Counted from the first letter of the stretch, positions 28,001 to 45,146 are shown. The stretch is DNA of 64,000 bases from Eledone cirrhosa (GCA_964016885.1 OZ024743.1:46934001-46998000); one strand, 5' to 3'. Notes: generated by a model from the sequence alone, not told the origin. Numbers and translations are program-made.

Positions 28001-31000
28001 ACATTCTCACACACACACAGTACAGACACATACACTCTCACACACACACAGTACAGACACATACACTCTCACACACACACAGTACAGTCACATACACTCT
28101 CACACACACACACAGTACAGACTCATACACACTCACACACAGTACAGACTCATACACTCTCACACACACACAGTACAGACACATACACTCTCGCACACAC
28201 ACAGTACAGACTCATACACACTCACACACACACAGTACAGTCACATACATTCTCACACACACACAGTACAGACTCATACACACTCACACACACACAGTAC
28301 AGTCACATACACTCCCCCACACACACAGTACAGTCACATACACTCTCACACACACACAGTACAGTCACATACACTCTCACTCTCACACAGTACAGACACA
28401 TACACTCTCACACACACACAGTACAGTCACATACACTCTCACACACACACAGTACAGACTCATACACACTCACACACAGTAAGCCTCATACACTCTCACA
28501 CACACACAGTACAGACACATACACTCTCACACACACACAGTACAGACTCATACACTCTCACACTCACACAGTACAGACTCATACACACTCACACACACAC
28601 AGTACAGACACATACACTCTCACACACACACAGTACAGAGACATACACTCTCCCACTCACACAGTACAGTCACATACACTCTCACACACACACAGTACAG
28701 ACTCATACACACTCACACACAGTAAGACTCATACACTCTCACACACACACAGTACAGACATACACTCTCACACACACACAGTACAGACTCATACACTCTC
28801 ACACACACACAGTACAGACACATACACTCTCGCACACACACAGTACAGACTCATACGCTCTCACACACAGTACAGACTCATACACTCTCACACACACACA
28901 GTACAGACTCATACACACTCACACACACACAGTACAGACACATACACTCTCACACACACACAGTACAGACTCTTACACTCTCACACACACACAGTACAGA
29001 CTCTTACACTCTCACACACACACAGTACAGACACATACACTCTCACACACGGTACAGACTCATACACTCTCACACATACACAGTACAGACACATACACTC
29101 TCACACACACACAGTTCAGATACATACACTCTTACACACACACAGTACAGACACATACACTCTCACACACACACAGTACAGACACATACACTCTCACACA
29201 AACACAGTACAGAGACATACACTCTCCCACTCACACAGTACAGTCACATACACTCTCACACACACACAGTACAGACTCATACGCTCTCACACACACACAG
29301 TACAGACTCATACACTCTTACACACACACAGTACAGACACATACACTCTCACACACACACAGTACAGACTCATACACTCTTACACACACACAGTACAGAC
29401 TCATACACTCTTACACACACACAGTACAGACTCATACACTCTTACACACACACAATACAGACACATACACTCTCACACACACACAGTACAGACTCATACA
29501 CTCTCAGACACACACAGTACAGACACATACACTCTCACACACACACAGTACAGACTCATACACTCTCACACACACACGGTACAGACACATACACTCTCAC
29601 ACACACACAGTACAGACTCATACACTCTCACACACACACGGTACAGACACATACACTCTCACACACACACATTACAGACTCATACACACTCACACACACA
29701 GTACAGACTCATACACACTCACACACACACAGTACAGACACATACACTCTTACACACACACAGTACAGACTCATACACACTCACACACACACAGTACAGT
29801 CACATACACTCTTACACACACACAGTACACACTCATACACTCTCACACACACACAGTGCAGACTCATACACTCTCACACACAGTACAGACTCATACACAC
29901 TCACACACACACAGTACAGTCACATACACTCTGACACACACACAGTACAGACTCATACACTCTCACACACACACACACAGTACAGTCACATACACTCTCA
30001 CACACAGTACAGACTCATACACTCTCACACACACACAGTACAGACTCATACACACTCACACTCACACAGTACAGACACATACACTCTCACACACACACAG
30101 TACAGACTCATACACACTCACACACAGTAAGACTCATACACTCTCACACACACACAGTACAGACTCATACACTCTCACACACACACAGTACAGACACATA
30201 CACTCTCACACACACACAGTACAGACTCATACACACTCACACACATTACAGACTCATACACTCTCACACACACACAGTACAGTCACATCCACTCTCACAC
30301 ACACACAGTACAGACTCATACACACTCACACACAGTACAGACTCATACACTCTCACACACACACAGTACAGACTCATACACTCTCACACACACACAGTAC
30401 AGACACATACACTCTCACACACACACAGTACAGACTCATACACTCTCACACACAGTACAGACTCATACACTCTCACACACAAACAGTACAGACATACACT
30501 CTCACACACACACAGTACAGACTCATACACTCTCACACACACACAGTACAGACACATACACTCTCACACACACACAGTACAGACTCATACGCTCTCACAC
30601 ACATTACAGACTCATACACTCTCACACACACACAGTACAGACTCATACACACTCACACACACACAGTACAGACACATACACTCTCACACACACACAGTAC
30701 AGACTCTTACACTCTCACACACACACAGTACAGACTCTTACACTCTCACACACACACAGTACAGACACATACACTCTCACACACGGTACAGACTCATACA
30801 CTCTCACACACACACAGTACAGAGTCACACACGCTCACACACACAGTACAGACTCTTACACTCTCACACACACACAGTACAGACACATACACTCTCACAC
30901 ACAGACAGTACAGACTCATACACACTCACACACACACAGTACAGAGTCACACACGCTCACACACACACAGTACAGACTCTTACACTCTCACACACACACA

Positions 31001-34000
31001 GTACAGACACATACACTCTCACACACACTCAGTACAGACTCATACACTCTCACACACACACAGTACAGACTCATACACACTCCCACACACACAGTACAGA
31101 CACATACACTCTCACACACACACAGTACAGACTCATACACTCTCACACACACACAGTACAGACTCATACACACTATCACACACAGTACAGACTCATACAC
31201 ACTCACACACACACAGTACAGACACATACACTCTTACACACACACAGTACAGACTCATACACTCTTACACACACACAGTACAGACACATACACTCTCACA
31301 CACACACAGTACAGACTCATACACTCTCACACACACAGAGTACAGACTCATACACACTCACACACACAACGTACAGACTCATACACTCTCACACACACAC
31401 AGTACAGACTCTTACACTCTCAGACACACACAGTACAGACAGTTACACCCTTACACACACACAGTACAGACTCATACACTCTCACACACACACAATACAG
31501 ACTCATACACTCTCACACACACACAGTACAGACACATACACACTCACACACACACAGTACAGACACATACACTCTTACACACACACAGTACAGACACATA
31601 CACTCTTACACACACACAGTACAGACTTATACACTCTTACACACACACAGTACAGACTCATACACTCTTACACACATACAATACAGACTCTTACACTCTC
31701 ACACACACACAGTACAGACTCATACACTCTCACACACACACAATACAGACACTTACACTCTCACACACACACAGTACAGACTCTTACACTCTCACACACA
31801 CACAGTACAGACACATACACTCTCACACACACACAGTACAGACACATACACTCTCACACACACACAGTACAGACTCATACACTCTCACACACACACAGTA
31901 CAGAATCATACACTCTCACACACAATACAGACTCTTACACTCTCACACACACACAGTACAGACTCATACACTCTCACACACACACAGTACAGACTCATAC
32001 ATTCTCACACACACACAGTACAGACACATACACTCTCACACACACACAGTACAGACACATACACTCTCACACACACACAGTACAGTCACATACACTCTCA
32101 CACACACACACAGTACAGACTCATACACACTCACACACAGTACAGACTCATACACTCTCACACACACACAGTACAGACACATACACTCTCGCACACACAC
32201 AGTACAGACTCATACACACTCACACACACACAGTACAGTCACATACATTCTCACACACACACAGTACAGACTCATACACACTCACACACACACAGTACAG
32301 TCACATACACTCTCACACACACACAGTACAGTCATATACACTCTCACACACACACAGTACAGTCACATACACTCTCACACTCACACAGTACAGACACATA
32401 CACTCTCACACACACACAGTACAGTCACATACACTCTCACACACACACAGTACAGACTCATACACACTCACACACAGTACAGACACATACACTCTCACAC
32501 ACACACAGTACAGAGTCATACACTCTCACACACAAACAGTACAGTCACATACATTCTCACACACACACAGTACAGACTCATACACACTCACACACACACA
32601 GTACAGTCACATACACTCCCCCACACACACAGTACAGTCACATACACTCTCACACACACACAGTACAGTCACATACACTCTCACTCTCACACAGTACAGA
32701 CACATACACTCTCACACACACACAGTACAGTCACATACACTCTCACACACACACAGTACAGACTCATACACACTCACACACAGTAAGCCTCATACACTCT
32801 CACACACACACAGTACAGACACATACACTCTCACACACACACAGTACAGACTCATACACTCTCACACTCACACAGTACAGACTCATACACACTCACACAC
32901 ACACAGTACAGACACATACACTCTCACACACACACAGTACAGAGACATACACTCTCCCACTCACACAGTACAGTCACATACACTCTCACACACACACAGT
33001 ACAGACTCATACACACTCACACACAGTAAGACTCATACACTCTCACACACACACAGTACAGACATACACTCTCACACACACACAGTACAGACTCATACAC
33101 TCTCACACACACACAGTACAGACACATACACTCTCGCACACACACAGTACAGACTCATACGCTCTCACACACAGTACAGACTCATACACTCTCACACACA
33201 CACAGTACAGACTCATACACACTCACACACACACAGTACAGACACATACACTCTCACACACACACAGTACAGACTCTTACACTCTCACACACACACAGTA
33301 CAGACTCTTACACTCTCACACACACACAGTACAGACACATACACTCTCACACACGGTACAGACTCATACACTCTCACACATACACAGTACAGACACATAC
33401 ACTCTCACACACACACAGTTCAGATACATACACTCTTACACACACACAGTACAGACACATACACTCTCACACACACACAGTACAGACACATACACTCTCA
33501 CACAAACACAGTACAGAGACATACACTCTCCCACTCACACAGTACAGTCACATACACTCTCACACACACACAGTACAGACTCTTACACTCTCACACACAC
33601 ACAGTACAGACACATACACTCTCACACACACACAGTACAGACTCATACACACTCACACACACACAGTACAGAGTCACACACGCTCACACACACACAGTAC
33701 AGACACATACACTCTCACACACACACAGTACAGACTCATACACTCTCACACACACACAGTACAGACTGATACACACTATCACACACAATACAGACTCATA
33801 CACACTCACAAACACACAGTGCAGACTCATACACTCTCACACACAGTACAGACTCATACACACTCACACACACACAGTACAGTCACATACACTCTCACAC
33901 ACACACAGTACAGACTCATACACTCTCACACACACACACACAGTACAGTCACATACACTCTCACACACGGTACAGACTCATACACTCTCACACACACACA

Positions 34001-37000
34001 GTACAGACTCATACACACTCACACTCACACAGTACAGACACATACACTCTCACACACACACAGTACAGACTCATACACGCTCACACACACACAGTACAGA
34101 CACATACACTCTCACACACACACAGTACAGACTCACACACGCTCACACACACACAGTACAGACTCATACACGCTCACACACACACAGTACAGACTCATAC
34201 ACTCTCACACACACGCAGTACAGACTCACACACGCTCACACACACACAGTACAAACTCATACACGCTCACACACACACTGTACAGACTCATACACTCTCA
34301 CACACAGTACAGACTCATACACTCTCACACACACACAGTACAGACACATACACTCTCACACACACACAGTACAGACTCACACACGCTCACACACACACAG
34401 TACAGACTCATACACGCTCACACACACACTGTACAGACTCATACACGCTCACACACACACAGTACAGACTCATACACTCTCACACACACACAGTACAGAC
34501 ACATACACTCTCACACACACACAGTACAGACTCATACACTCTCACACACACACAGTACAGACTCATACACTCTTACACACACACAGTACAGACACATACA
34601 CTCTCACACACACACAGTACAGTCACATACACTCTCACACACACACAGTACAGACCCATACACTCTCACACTCACACAGTACAGTCACATACACTCTCAC
34701 ACACACACAGTACAGACTCATACACACTCACACACAGTAAGACTCATACACACTCACACACACACAGTACAGTCACATACACTCTCACACACACACAGTA
34801 CAGTCACATACACTCTCACACACACACAGTACAGACTCATACACACTCACACACAGTACAGACATACACTCTCACACACACACAGTACAGACTCATACAC
34901 TCTCACACACACACAGTACAGTCACATACACTCTCACACACAGTACAGACTCATACACTCTCACACAAACACAGTACAAACTCATACACACTCACACACA
35001 CACAGTACAGACACATACACTCTCACACACACACAGTACAGACTCATACACGCTCACACACACACAGTACAGACACATGCACTCTCACACACACACAGTA
35101 CAGACTCATACACTCTCACACACACACAGTACAGACACATACACTCTCACACACACACAGTACAGACTCATACACTCTCACACACAGTACAGACTCATAC
35201 ACACTCACACACACACAGTACAGTCACATACACTCTCACACACACACAGTACAGACTCATACACTCTCACACACACACACACAGTACAGTCACATACACT
35301 CTCACACACAGTACAGACTCATACACTCTCACACACACACAGTACAGACTCATACACACTCACACTCACACAGTACAGACACATACACTCTCACACACAC
35401 ACAGTACAGACTCATACACGCTCACACACACACATTACAGACACATACACTCTCACACACACACAGTACAGACTCATACACGCTCACACACACACAGTAC
35501 AGACACATGCACTCTCACACACACACAGTACAGACTCATACACTCTCACACACACACAGTACAGACACATACACTCTCACACACACACAGTACAGACTCA
35601 TACACTCTCACACACAGTACAGACTCATACACTCTCACACACACACAGTACAGACACATACACTCTCACACACACACAGTACAGACTCATACACGCTCAC
35701 ACACACACAGTACAGACTCATACACTCTCACACACACACAGTACAGACTCATACACTCTCACACACAGTACAGACTCATACACTCTCACACACACACAGT
35801 ACAGACACATACACTCTCACACACACACAGTACAGACTCATACACGCTCACACACACACAGTACAGACTCATACACTCTCACACACACACAGTGCAGACT
35901 CATACACTCTCACACACACAGTACAGACACATACATTCTCACACACACACAGTACAGTCTCATACACACTCACACACACACAGTACAGACACGTACACTC
36001 TTACACACACAGAGTACAGACTCATACACTCTTACACACACACAGTACAGACTCATACACTCTCACACACACACAGTACAGACACATACACTCTCACACA
36101 CACACAGTACAGACTCATACACTCTCACACACAGTACAGACTCATACACTCTCACACACACACGGTACAGACACATACACTCTCACACAGACACACAGTA
36201 CAGACACATACACTCTCACAAACACACAGTACAGACTCATACACTCTCACACACACACAGAACAGACTCATACACTCTCACACACACACAGTACAGACTC
36301 TTACACTCTCACACACACACAGTACAGACTCATACACTCTCACACACACACAGTACAGACTCATACACGCTCACACACACACAGTACAGACGCATACACT
36401 CTCACACACACACAGTACAGACACATACACTCTCACACACACACAGTACACACTCATACACTCTCACACACACACAGTACAGACACATACACTCTAACAC
36501 ACACACAGTACAGACACATACACTCTCACACACACACAGTACAGAGTCATACACTCTCACACACAGTACAGACTCATACACTCTCACACACACACAGTAC
36601 AGACACATACACTCTCACACACACACAGTACAGACTCATACACTCTCACACACACACAGTACAGACTCATACACTCTCACACACACACAGTACAGACTCA
36701 TACACTCTCACACACACACAGTACAGACTCATACACGCTCACACACACACAGTACAGCCGCATACACTCTCACACACACAGTACAGACTCATACACTCTC
36801 ACACACACACAGTACATACTCATACACTCTCACACACACACAGTACAGACACATACACTCTCACACACACACAGTACAGACTCATACACTCTCACACACA
36901 CACAGTACAGACTCATACACTCTCACACACAGTACAGCCTCATACACTCTCACACACACACAGTACAGACACATACACTCTCACACACACACAGTACAGA

Positions 37001-40000
37001 CTCACACACGCTCACACACACACAGTACAGACTCATACACTCTCACACACACACAGTACAGACTCACACACGCTCACACACACACAGTACAGACTCATAC
37101 ACTCTCACACACACACAGTACAGACTCACACACGCTCACACACACACAGTACAGACACATACACTCTCACACACACACAGTACAGACTCATACACTCTCA
37201 CACACACACAGTACAGACTCATACACTCTCACACACAGTACAGCCTCATACACTCTCACACACACACAGTACAGACACATACACTCTCACACACACACAG
37301 TACAGACTCACACACGCTCACACACACACAGTACAGACACATACACTCTCACACACACACAGTACAGACTCACACACGCTCACACACACACAGTACAGAC
37401 TCATACACGCTCACACACACACAGTACAGACTCATACACTCTCACACACACGCAGTACAGACTCACACACGCTCACACACACACAGTACAAACTCATACA
37501 CGCTCACACACACACTGTACAGACTCATACACTCTCACACACAGTACAGACTCATACACTCTCACACACACACAGTACAGACACATACACTCTCACACAC
37601 ACACAGTACAGACTCACACACGCTCACACACACACAGTACAGACTCATACACGCTCACACACACACTGTACAGACTCATACACGCTCACACACACACAGT
37701 ACAGACTCATACACTCTCACACACACACAGTACAGACACATACACTCTCACACACACACAGTACAGACTCATACACTCTCACACACACACAGTACAGACT
37801 CATACACTCTTACACACACACAGTACAGACACATACACTCTCACACACACACAGTACAGTCACATACACTCTCACACACACACAGTACAGACCCATACAC
37901 TCTCACACTAACACAGTACAGTCACATACACTCTCACACACACACAGTACAGACTCATACACACTCACACACAGTAAGACTCATACACACTCACACACAC
38001 ACAGTACAGTCACATACACTCTCACACACACACAGTACAGTCACATACACTCTCACACACACACAGTACAGACTCATACACACTCACACACAGTACAGAC
38101 ATACACTCTCACACACACACAGTACAGACTCATACACTCTCACACACACACAGTACAGTCACATACACTCTCACAAACAGTACAGACTCATACACTCTCA
38201 CACAAACACAGTACAAACTCATACACACTCACACACACACAGTACAGACACATACACTCTCACACACACACAGTACAGACTCATACACTCTCACACACAC
38301 ACAGTACAGTCACATACACTCTCACACACAGTACAGACTCATACACTCTCACACACACAGTACAGACTCATACACACTCACACACACACCGTACAGTCAC
38401 ATACACTCTCACACACACACAGTACAGACTCATACACTCTCACACACACACAGTACAGTCACATACACTCTCACACACAGTACAGACTCATACACACTCA
38501 CACACACACAGTACAGACTCATACACACTGACACACACACAGTACAGACACATACACTTTCACACACACACAGTACAGACTCATACACGCTCACACACAC
38601 ACAGTACAGACACATACACTCTCACACACACACAGTACAGACTCATACACGCTCACACACACACAGTACAGACACATACACTCTCACACACACACAGTAC
38701 AGACTCATACACTCTCACACACAGTACAGGTCATACACTCTCACACACACACAGTACAGACACATACACTCTCACACACACACAGTACAGACTCATACAC
38801 GCTCACACACACAGTACAGACTCATACACTCTCACACACACACAGTACAGACTCATACACTCTCACACACAGTACAAACTCATACACACTCACACACACA
38901 CAGTACAGACACATACACTCTTACACACACACAGTACAGACTCATACACTCTCACACAAACACAGTACAAACTCATACACACTCACACACACACAGTACA
39001 GACACATACACTCTCACACACACACAGTACAGACTCATACACTCTCACACACACACAGTACAGTCACATACACTCTCACACACAGTACAGACTCATACAG
39101 TCTCACACACACACAGTACAGACTCATACACACTCACACACACACCGTACAGTCACATACACTCTCACACACACACAGTACAGACTCATACACTCTCACA
39201 CACACACAGTACAGTCACATACACTCTCACACGCAGTACAGACTCATACACACTCACACACACACAGTACAGACTCATACACACTGACACACACACAGTA
39301 CAGACACATACACTTTCACACACACACAGTACAGACTCATACACGCTCACACACACACAGTACAGACACATACACTCTCACACACACACAGTACAGACTC
39401 ATACACGCTCACACACACACAGTACAGACACATACACTCTCACACACACACAGTACAGACTCATACACTCTCACACACAGTACAGGTCATACACTCTCAC
39501 ACACACACAGTACAGACACATACACTCTCACACACACACAGTACAGACTCATACACGCTCACACACACAGTACAGACTCATACACTCTCACACACACACA
39601 GTACAGACTCATACACTCTCACACACAGTACAAACTCATACACACTCACACACACACAGTACAGACACATACACTCTTACACACACACAGTACAGACTCA
39701 TACACTCTCACACAAACACAGTACAAACTCATACACACTCACACACACACAGTACAGACACATACACTCTCACACACACACAGTACAGACTCATACACTC
39801 TCACACACACACAGTACAGTCACATACACTCTCACACACAGTACAGACTCATACAGTCTCACACACACACAGTACAGACTCATACACACTCACACACACA
39901 CCGTACAGTCACATACACTCTCACACACACACAGTACAGACTCATACACTCTCACACACACACAGTACAGTCACATACACTCTCACACACAGTACAGACT

Positions 40001-43000
40001 CATACACACTCACACACACACAGTACAGACTCATACACACTCACACACACACAGTACAGACACATACACTCTCACACACACACAGTACAGACTCATACAC
40101 GCTCACACACACACAGTACAGACACATACACTCTCACACACACACAGTACAGACTCATACACGCTCACACACACACAGTACAGACACATACACTCTCACA
40201 CACACACAGTACAGACTCATACACTCTCACACACAGTACAGACTCATACACTCTCACACACACACAGTACAGACACATACACTCTCACACACACACAGTA
40301 CAGACTCATACACGCTCACACACACAGTACAGACTCATACACTCTCACACACACACAGTACAGACTCATACACTCTCACACACAGTACAAACTCATACAC
40401 ACTCACACACACACAGTACAGACACATACACTCTTACACACACACAGTACAGACTCATACACTCTTACACACACACAGTACAGACTCATACACTCTCACA
40501 CACACACGGTACAGACACATACACTCTCACACAGAGACACAGTACAGACACATACACTCTCACACACACACAGTACAGACTCATACACTCTCACACACAC
40601 ACAGAACAGACTCATACACTCTCACACACACACAGTACAGACTCTTACACTCTCACACACACACAGTACAGACTCATACACTCTCACACACACACAGTAC
40701 AGACTCATACACGCTCACACACACACAGTACAGACGCATACACTCTCACACACACACAGTACAGACACATACACTCTCACACACACACAGTACAGACTCA
40801 TACACTCTCACACACACACAGTACAGACACATACACTCTCACACACACACAGTACAGACACATACACTCTCACACACACACAGTACAGACACATACACTC
40901 TCACACACACACAGTACAGACTCACACACGCTCACACACACACAGTACAGACTCATACACGCTCACACACACACTGTACAGACTCATACACGCTCACACA
41001 CACACAGTACAGACTCATACACTCTCACACATACACAGTACAGACACATACACTCTCACACACACACAGTACAGACTCACACACGCTCACACACACACAG
41101 TACAGACTCATACACGCTCACACACACACTGTACAGACTCATACACGCTCACACACACACAGTACAGACTCATACACTCTCACACACACACAGTACAGAC
41201 ACATACACTCTCACACACACACAGTACAGACTCATACACTCTCACACACACACAGTACAGACTCATACACTCTCACACACACACAGTACAGACTCATACA
41301 CTCTCACACACAGTACAGACTCATACACTCACACACACACACAGTACAGACTCATACACACTCACACACACACAGTACAGACACATACACTCTCACACAC
41401 ACACAGTACAGACTCATACACTCTCACACACACACAGTACAGACACATACACTCTCACACACACACAGTACAGACACATACACTCTCACACACACACAGT
41501 ACAGACACATACACTCTCACACACACACAGTACAGACTCATACACTCTCACACACACACAGAACAGACTCATACACTCTCACACACAGTACAGACTCATA
41601 CACTCTCACACACACACAGTACAGACACATACACTCTCACACACACACAGTACAGACTCATACACTCTCACACACACACAGTACAGACTCATACACTCTC
41701 ACACACACACAGTACAGACTCATACACTCTCACACACACACAGTACAGACTCATACACTCTCACACACACACAGTACAGACTCATACACTCTCACACACA
41801 GTACAGACTCATACACTCTCACACACACAGTACAGACACATACACTCTCACACACACACAGTACAGACTCACACACGCTCACACACACACAGTACAGACT
41901 CATACACGCTCACACACACACAGTACAGACTCATACACTCTCACATACACACAGTACAGACTCACACACGCTCACACACACACAGTACAGACTCATACAC
42001 GCTCACACACACACTGTACAGACTCATACACGCTCACACACACACAGTACAGACTCATACACTCTCACACATACACAGTACAGACACATACACTCTCACA
42101 CACACACAGTACAGACTCACACACGCTCACACACACACAGTACAGACTCATACACGCTCACACACACACTGTACAGACTCATACACGCTCACACACACAC
42201 AGTACAGACTCATACACTCTCACACACACACAGTACAGACACATACACTCTCACACACACACAGTACAGACTCATACACTCTCACACACACACAGTACAG
42301 ACTCATACACTCTTACACACACACAGTACAGACACATACACTCTCACACACACACAGTACAGACTCATACACGCTCACACACACACAGTACAGACTCATA
42401 CACTCTCACACACACACAGTACAGACACATACACTCTCACACACACACAGTACAGACTCATACACTCTCACACACACACAGTACAGACTCATACACTCTC
42501 ACACACAGTACAGACTCATACACTCACACACACACACAGTACAGACTCATACACACTCACACACACACAGTACAGACACATACACTCTCACACACAGTAC
42601 AGATTCACACACTCACACACACTCACACACACACAGTACAGACTCATACACACTCACACATACCCACTCACGCACACACTCACACATACACAGTATAGAC
42701 TCATACACACTCGCACACACACAGTACAGACTCATACACTCACACACACACACAGTACAGACACATACACTCTCACACACACACAGTACAGTCACATACA
42801 CTTTCACACACAGTACAGACTCATACACTCACACACATACACAGTACAGACTCATACACTCTCACACACACACAGTACAGACTCATACACTCTCACACAC
42901 AGTACAGATTCACACACACACACACACTCACACACACACAGTACAGACTCATACACACTCACACACACACAGTACAGACACATACACTCTCACACACAGT

Positions 43001-44112
43001 ACAGATTCACACACTCACACACACTCACACACACACAGTACAGACTCATACACACTCACACATACACACTCACACACACACTCACACATACACAGTATAG
43101 ACTCATACACACTCACACATACACAGTACAGACTCATACACACACACAGTACAGACTCACACACGCTCACACATTCACAGTACAGACTCATACACTCTCA
43201 CACACACACAGTACAGACACATACATTCTCACACAGTACAGACTCATACACTCTCACACACACTGACACACTCACAGTACAGACTCATACACACTCACAC
43301 ACACACAGTACAAGCTCATACACTTTCACACACACTCACACACTCACAGTACAGACTCATACACACTCACACACACACAGTACAGACTCATACACTTTCA
43401 CACACACTCACACACTCACAGTACAGACTCATACACTCTCACACACAGTAGACTCATACACACTCACACACACACAGTACAGACTCATACACACTCACAC
43501 ATACACACTCACACACACTCACACACACACTGTACAGACTCATACACACACACACACTCACACACACACTGTACAGACTCATACACACACACACACACTC
43601 ACACACACACAGTACAGACTCATACACACTCACACATACACACTCACACACACACAGTACAGACTCATACACACTCACACATACACACTCACACACACAC
43701 TCACACATACACAGTACTGACTCATACACACTCACACATACACACTCACACATACACTCCCACACACAGTACAGACTCATACACACCCACACTCACACAC
43801 ACTCACACATACACATACAGACTCATACACAGTCACACATACACTCTCACCCACATATACACAAGTACACACATGGACACACGTGTGCACACACACACAC
43901 TCACATACATATATATACACACACAAACACACTCACATACATATATATACACACAAACACACACACTCACATAAATATATATACACACACACACACACAC
44001 TATCACATACATAAATATGCACACATACACACACACTCTCACACATATATATGCACACTCACACATACTCTCACATACACATACATATATACACACACAT
44101 ACACACACACAC
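13012..44112. repeat. ~31-kb minisatellite; 31-bp consensus AGTACAGACTCATACACTCTCACACACACAC, roughly 1000 units, with 27- and 29-bp variants
   Basis: Unit starts at 16511 and 16542; three units translate as the 31-aa repeat seen in the ORF track; decays into (CA)n/(TA)n after ~42600. Confidence 0.98.
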
Positions 44113-44187
44113 TTATAATTAGCTGTTTGTGCTGTTGAATTAGATTTAGAATGTAATCAAATTTATTCATGTGTTAAGTTTGAAAGT

Positions 44188-44382
44188 TCTCTCTCTCTCT
44201 TTCTCTCACTCTCTCTTTCTTTCTCTCTCTCTCCCTCTCTCTCTCCCTCACTCTCTCTCTTTCCTTCTCCCCCCCAATCCCCTGTCTCACCATCTTTCAT
44301 TCACTGTCTCCTGACTATCTCTTTCTCTCTCTCATTCACTGACTATCACTCTCTTCCTCTTTCCACACTTTCTCCTTCTCTC
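44188..44382. repeat. (CT)n-rich polypyrimidine tract
   Basis: Directly visible. Confidence 0.9.
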
Positions 44383-44431
44383 AGGATCAAACACTATATT
44401 CGCTAACATTCTATACATTTCTCTAGTCAGC

Positions 44432-44484
44432 TAAGGTCTGATGAGTTCTAATACAACTGAAACATATCCTAAGTTGTCACCTTA
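44432..44484 (+). ncRNA. Type I minimal hammerhead ribozyme motif, probably in a Penelope-like remnant
   Basis: TAAGGT-CTGATGA-gttctaatacaact-GAAA-CA..TG-TC-ACCTTA: 6-bp stem I, intact core and GUC triplet; stem II is weak. Confidence 0.65.
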
Positions 44485-44721
44485 CTGCCAAAGATCACTC
44501 TCACTTTAAATTGTATTTTGTTTTTAATTGATATTAATCTTGACCAGAATTAGTAAGATAATTACTCCTCATTATGGATGTAATTTTATATTGATTAACA
44601 TTTTGGGGATCACTACATTAAGTATGTTATCACAGACCTTACTATTTAGTTTTTATGCAACAAGCAACCCTGGGTATATCTCCTTTCTCTAGTCATTCTG
44701 CTACACTATAAAGTGAACTGT

Positions 44722-44920
44722 TCCACTCAGTGGTTAAGAAGTTTGCTTTGCAACCATGAGGTCCTGGGTACAATCCCAGACACATACACACTCACACACA
44801 CACAGTACAGACTCATACACACTCACACATACACTCTCACACACATATACATAAGTACACACATGAGGTCCTGCATGGCATTTTGGGTGTCTTTACCATA
44901 GCCTTGAGTCAACCCAAGTC
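44722..44920 (+). mobile_element. tRNA-derived SINE remnant interrupted by a minisatellite-derived insert
   Basis: A-box-like CTCAGTGGTTAAG and B-box-like GGGTACAATCCC; the insert lies at ~44779-44872. Confidence 0.6.
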
Positions 44921-45146
44921 ACAGTATGATATATACAGTGAGCCTCCATCTTACATGGTCAATTAGTTCTCCCCTTTTACCCCATACCACATATGTTCAA
45001 GATCTTTATTGAATAAAAGTGCCTATATACATCAATGATTTGAAGAAAGCCTAACATATTCTCAGTGATGTGGTTTCATGTGGAATAGGATGTTGAGAGT
45101 TTTACAGCTTTTCCTAATTAAAAAAGAATATTTTCCAATTGCATGT

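Noticed and set aside
12979-43720. Giant His/Thr-rich ORFs (up to 2737 aa) as genes
   Set aside because: They are translations of a 31-bp repeat lacking stops; starts are mostly GTG/TTG or chance ATG variants, 2- and 4-bp indels are common, and there is no unique coding sequence
13012-44112. CRISPR array
   Set aside because: Units are contiguous with no unique spacers, there are no cas genes, and the context is eukaryotic
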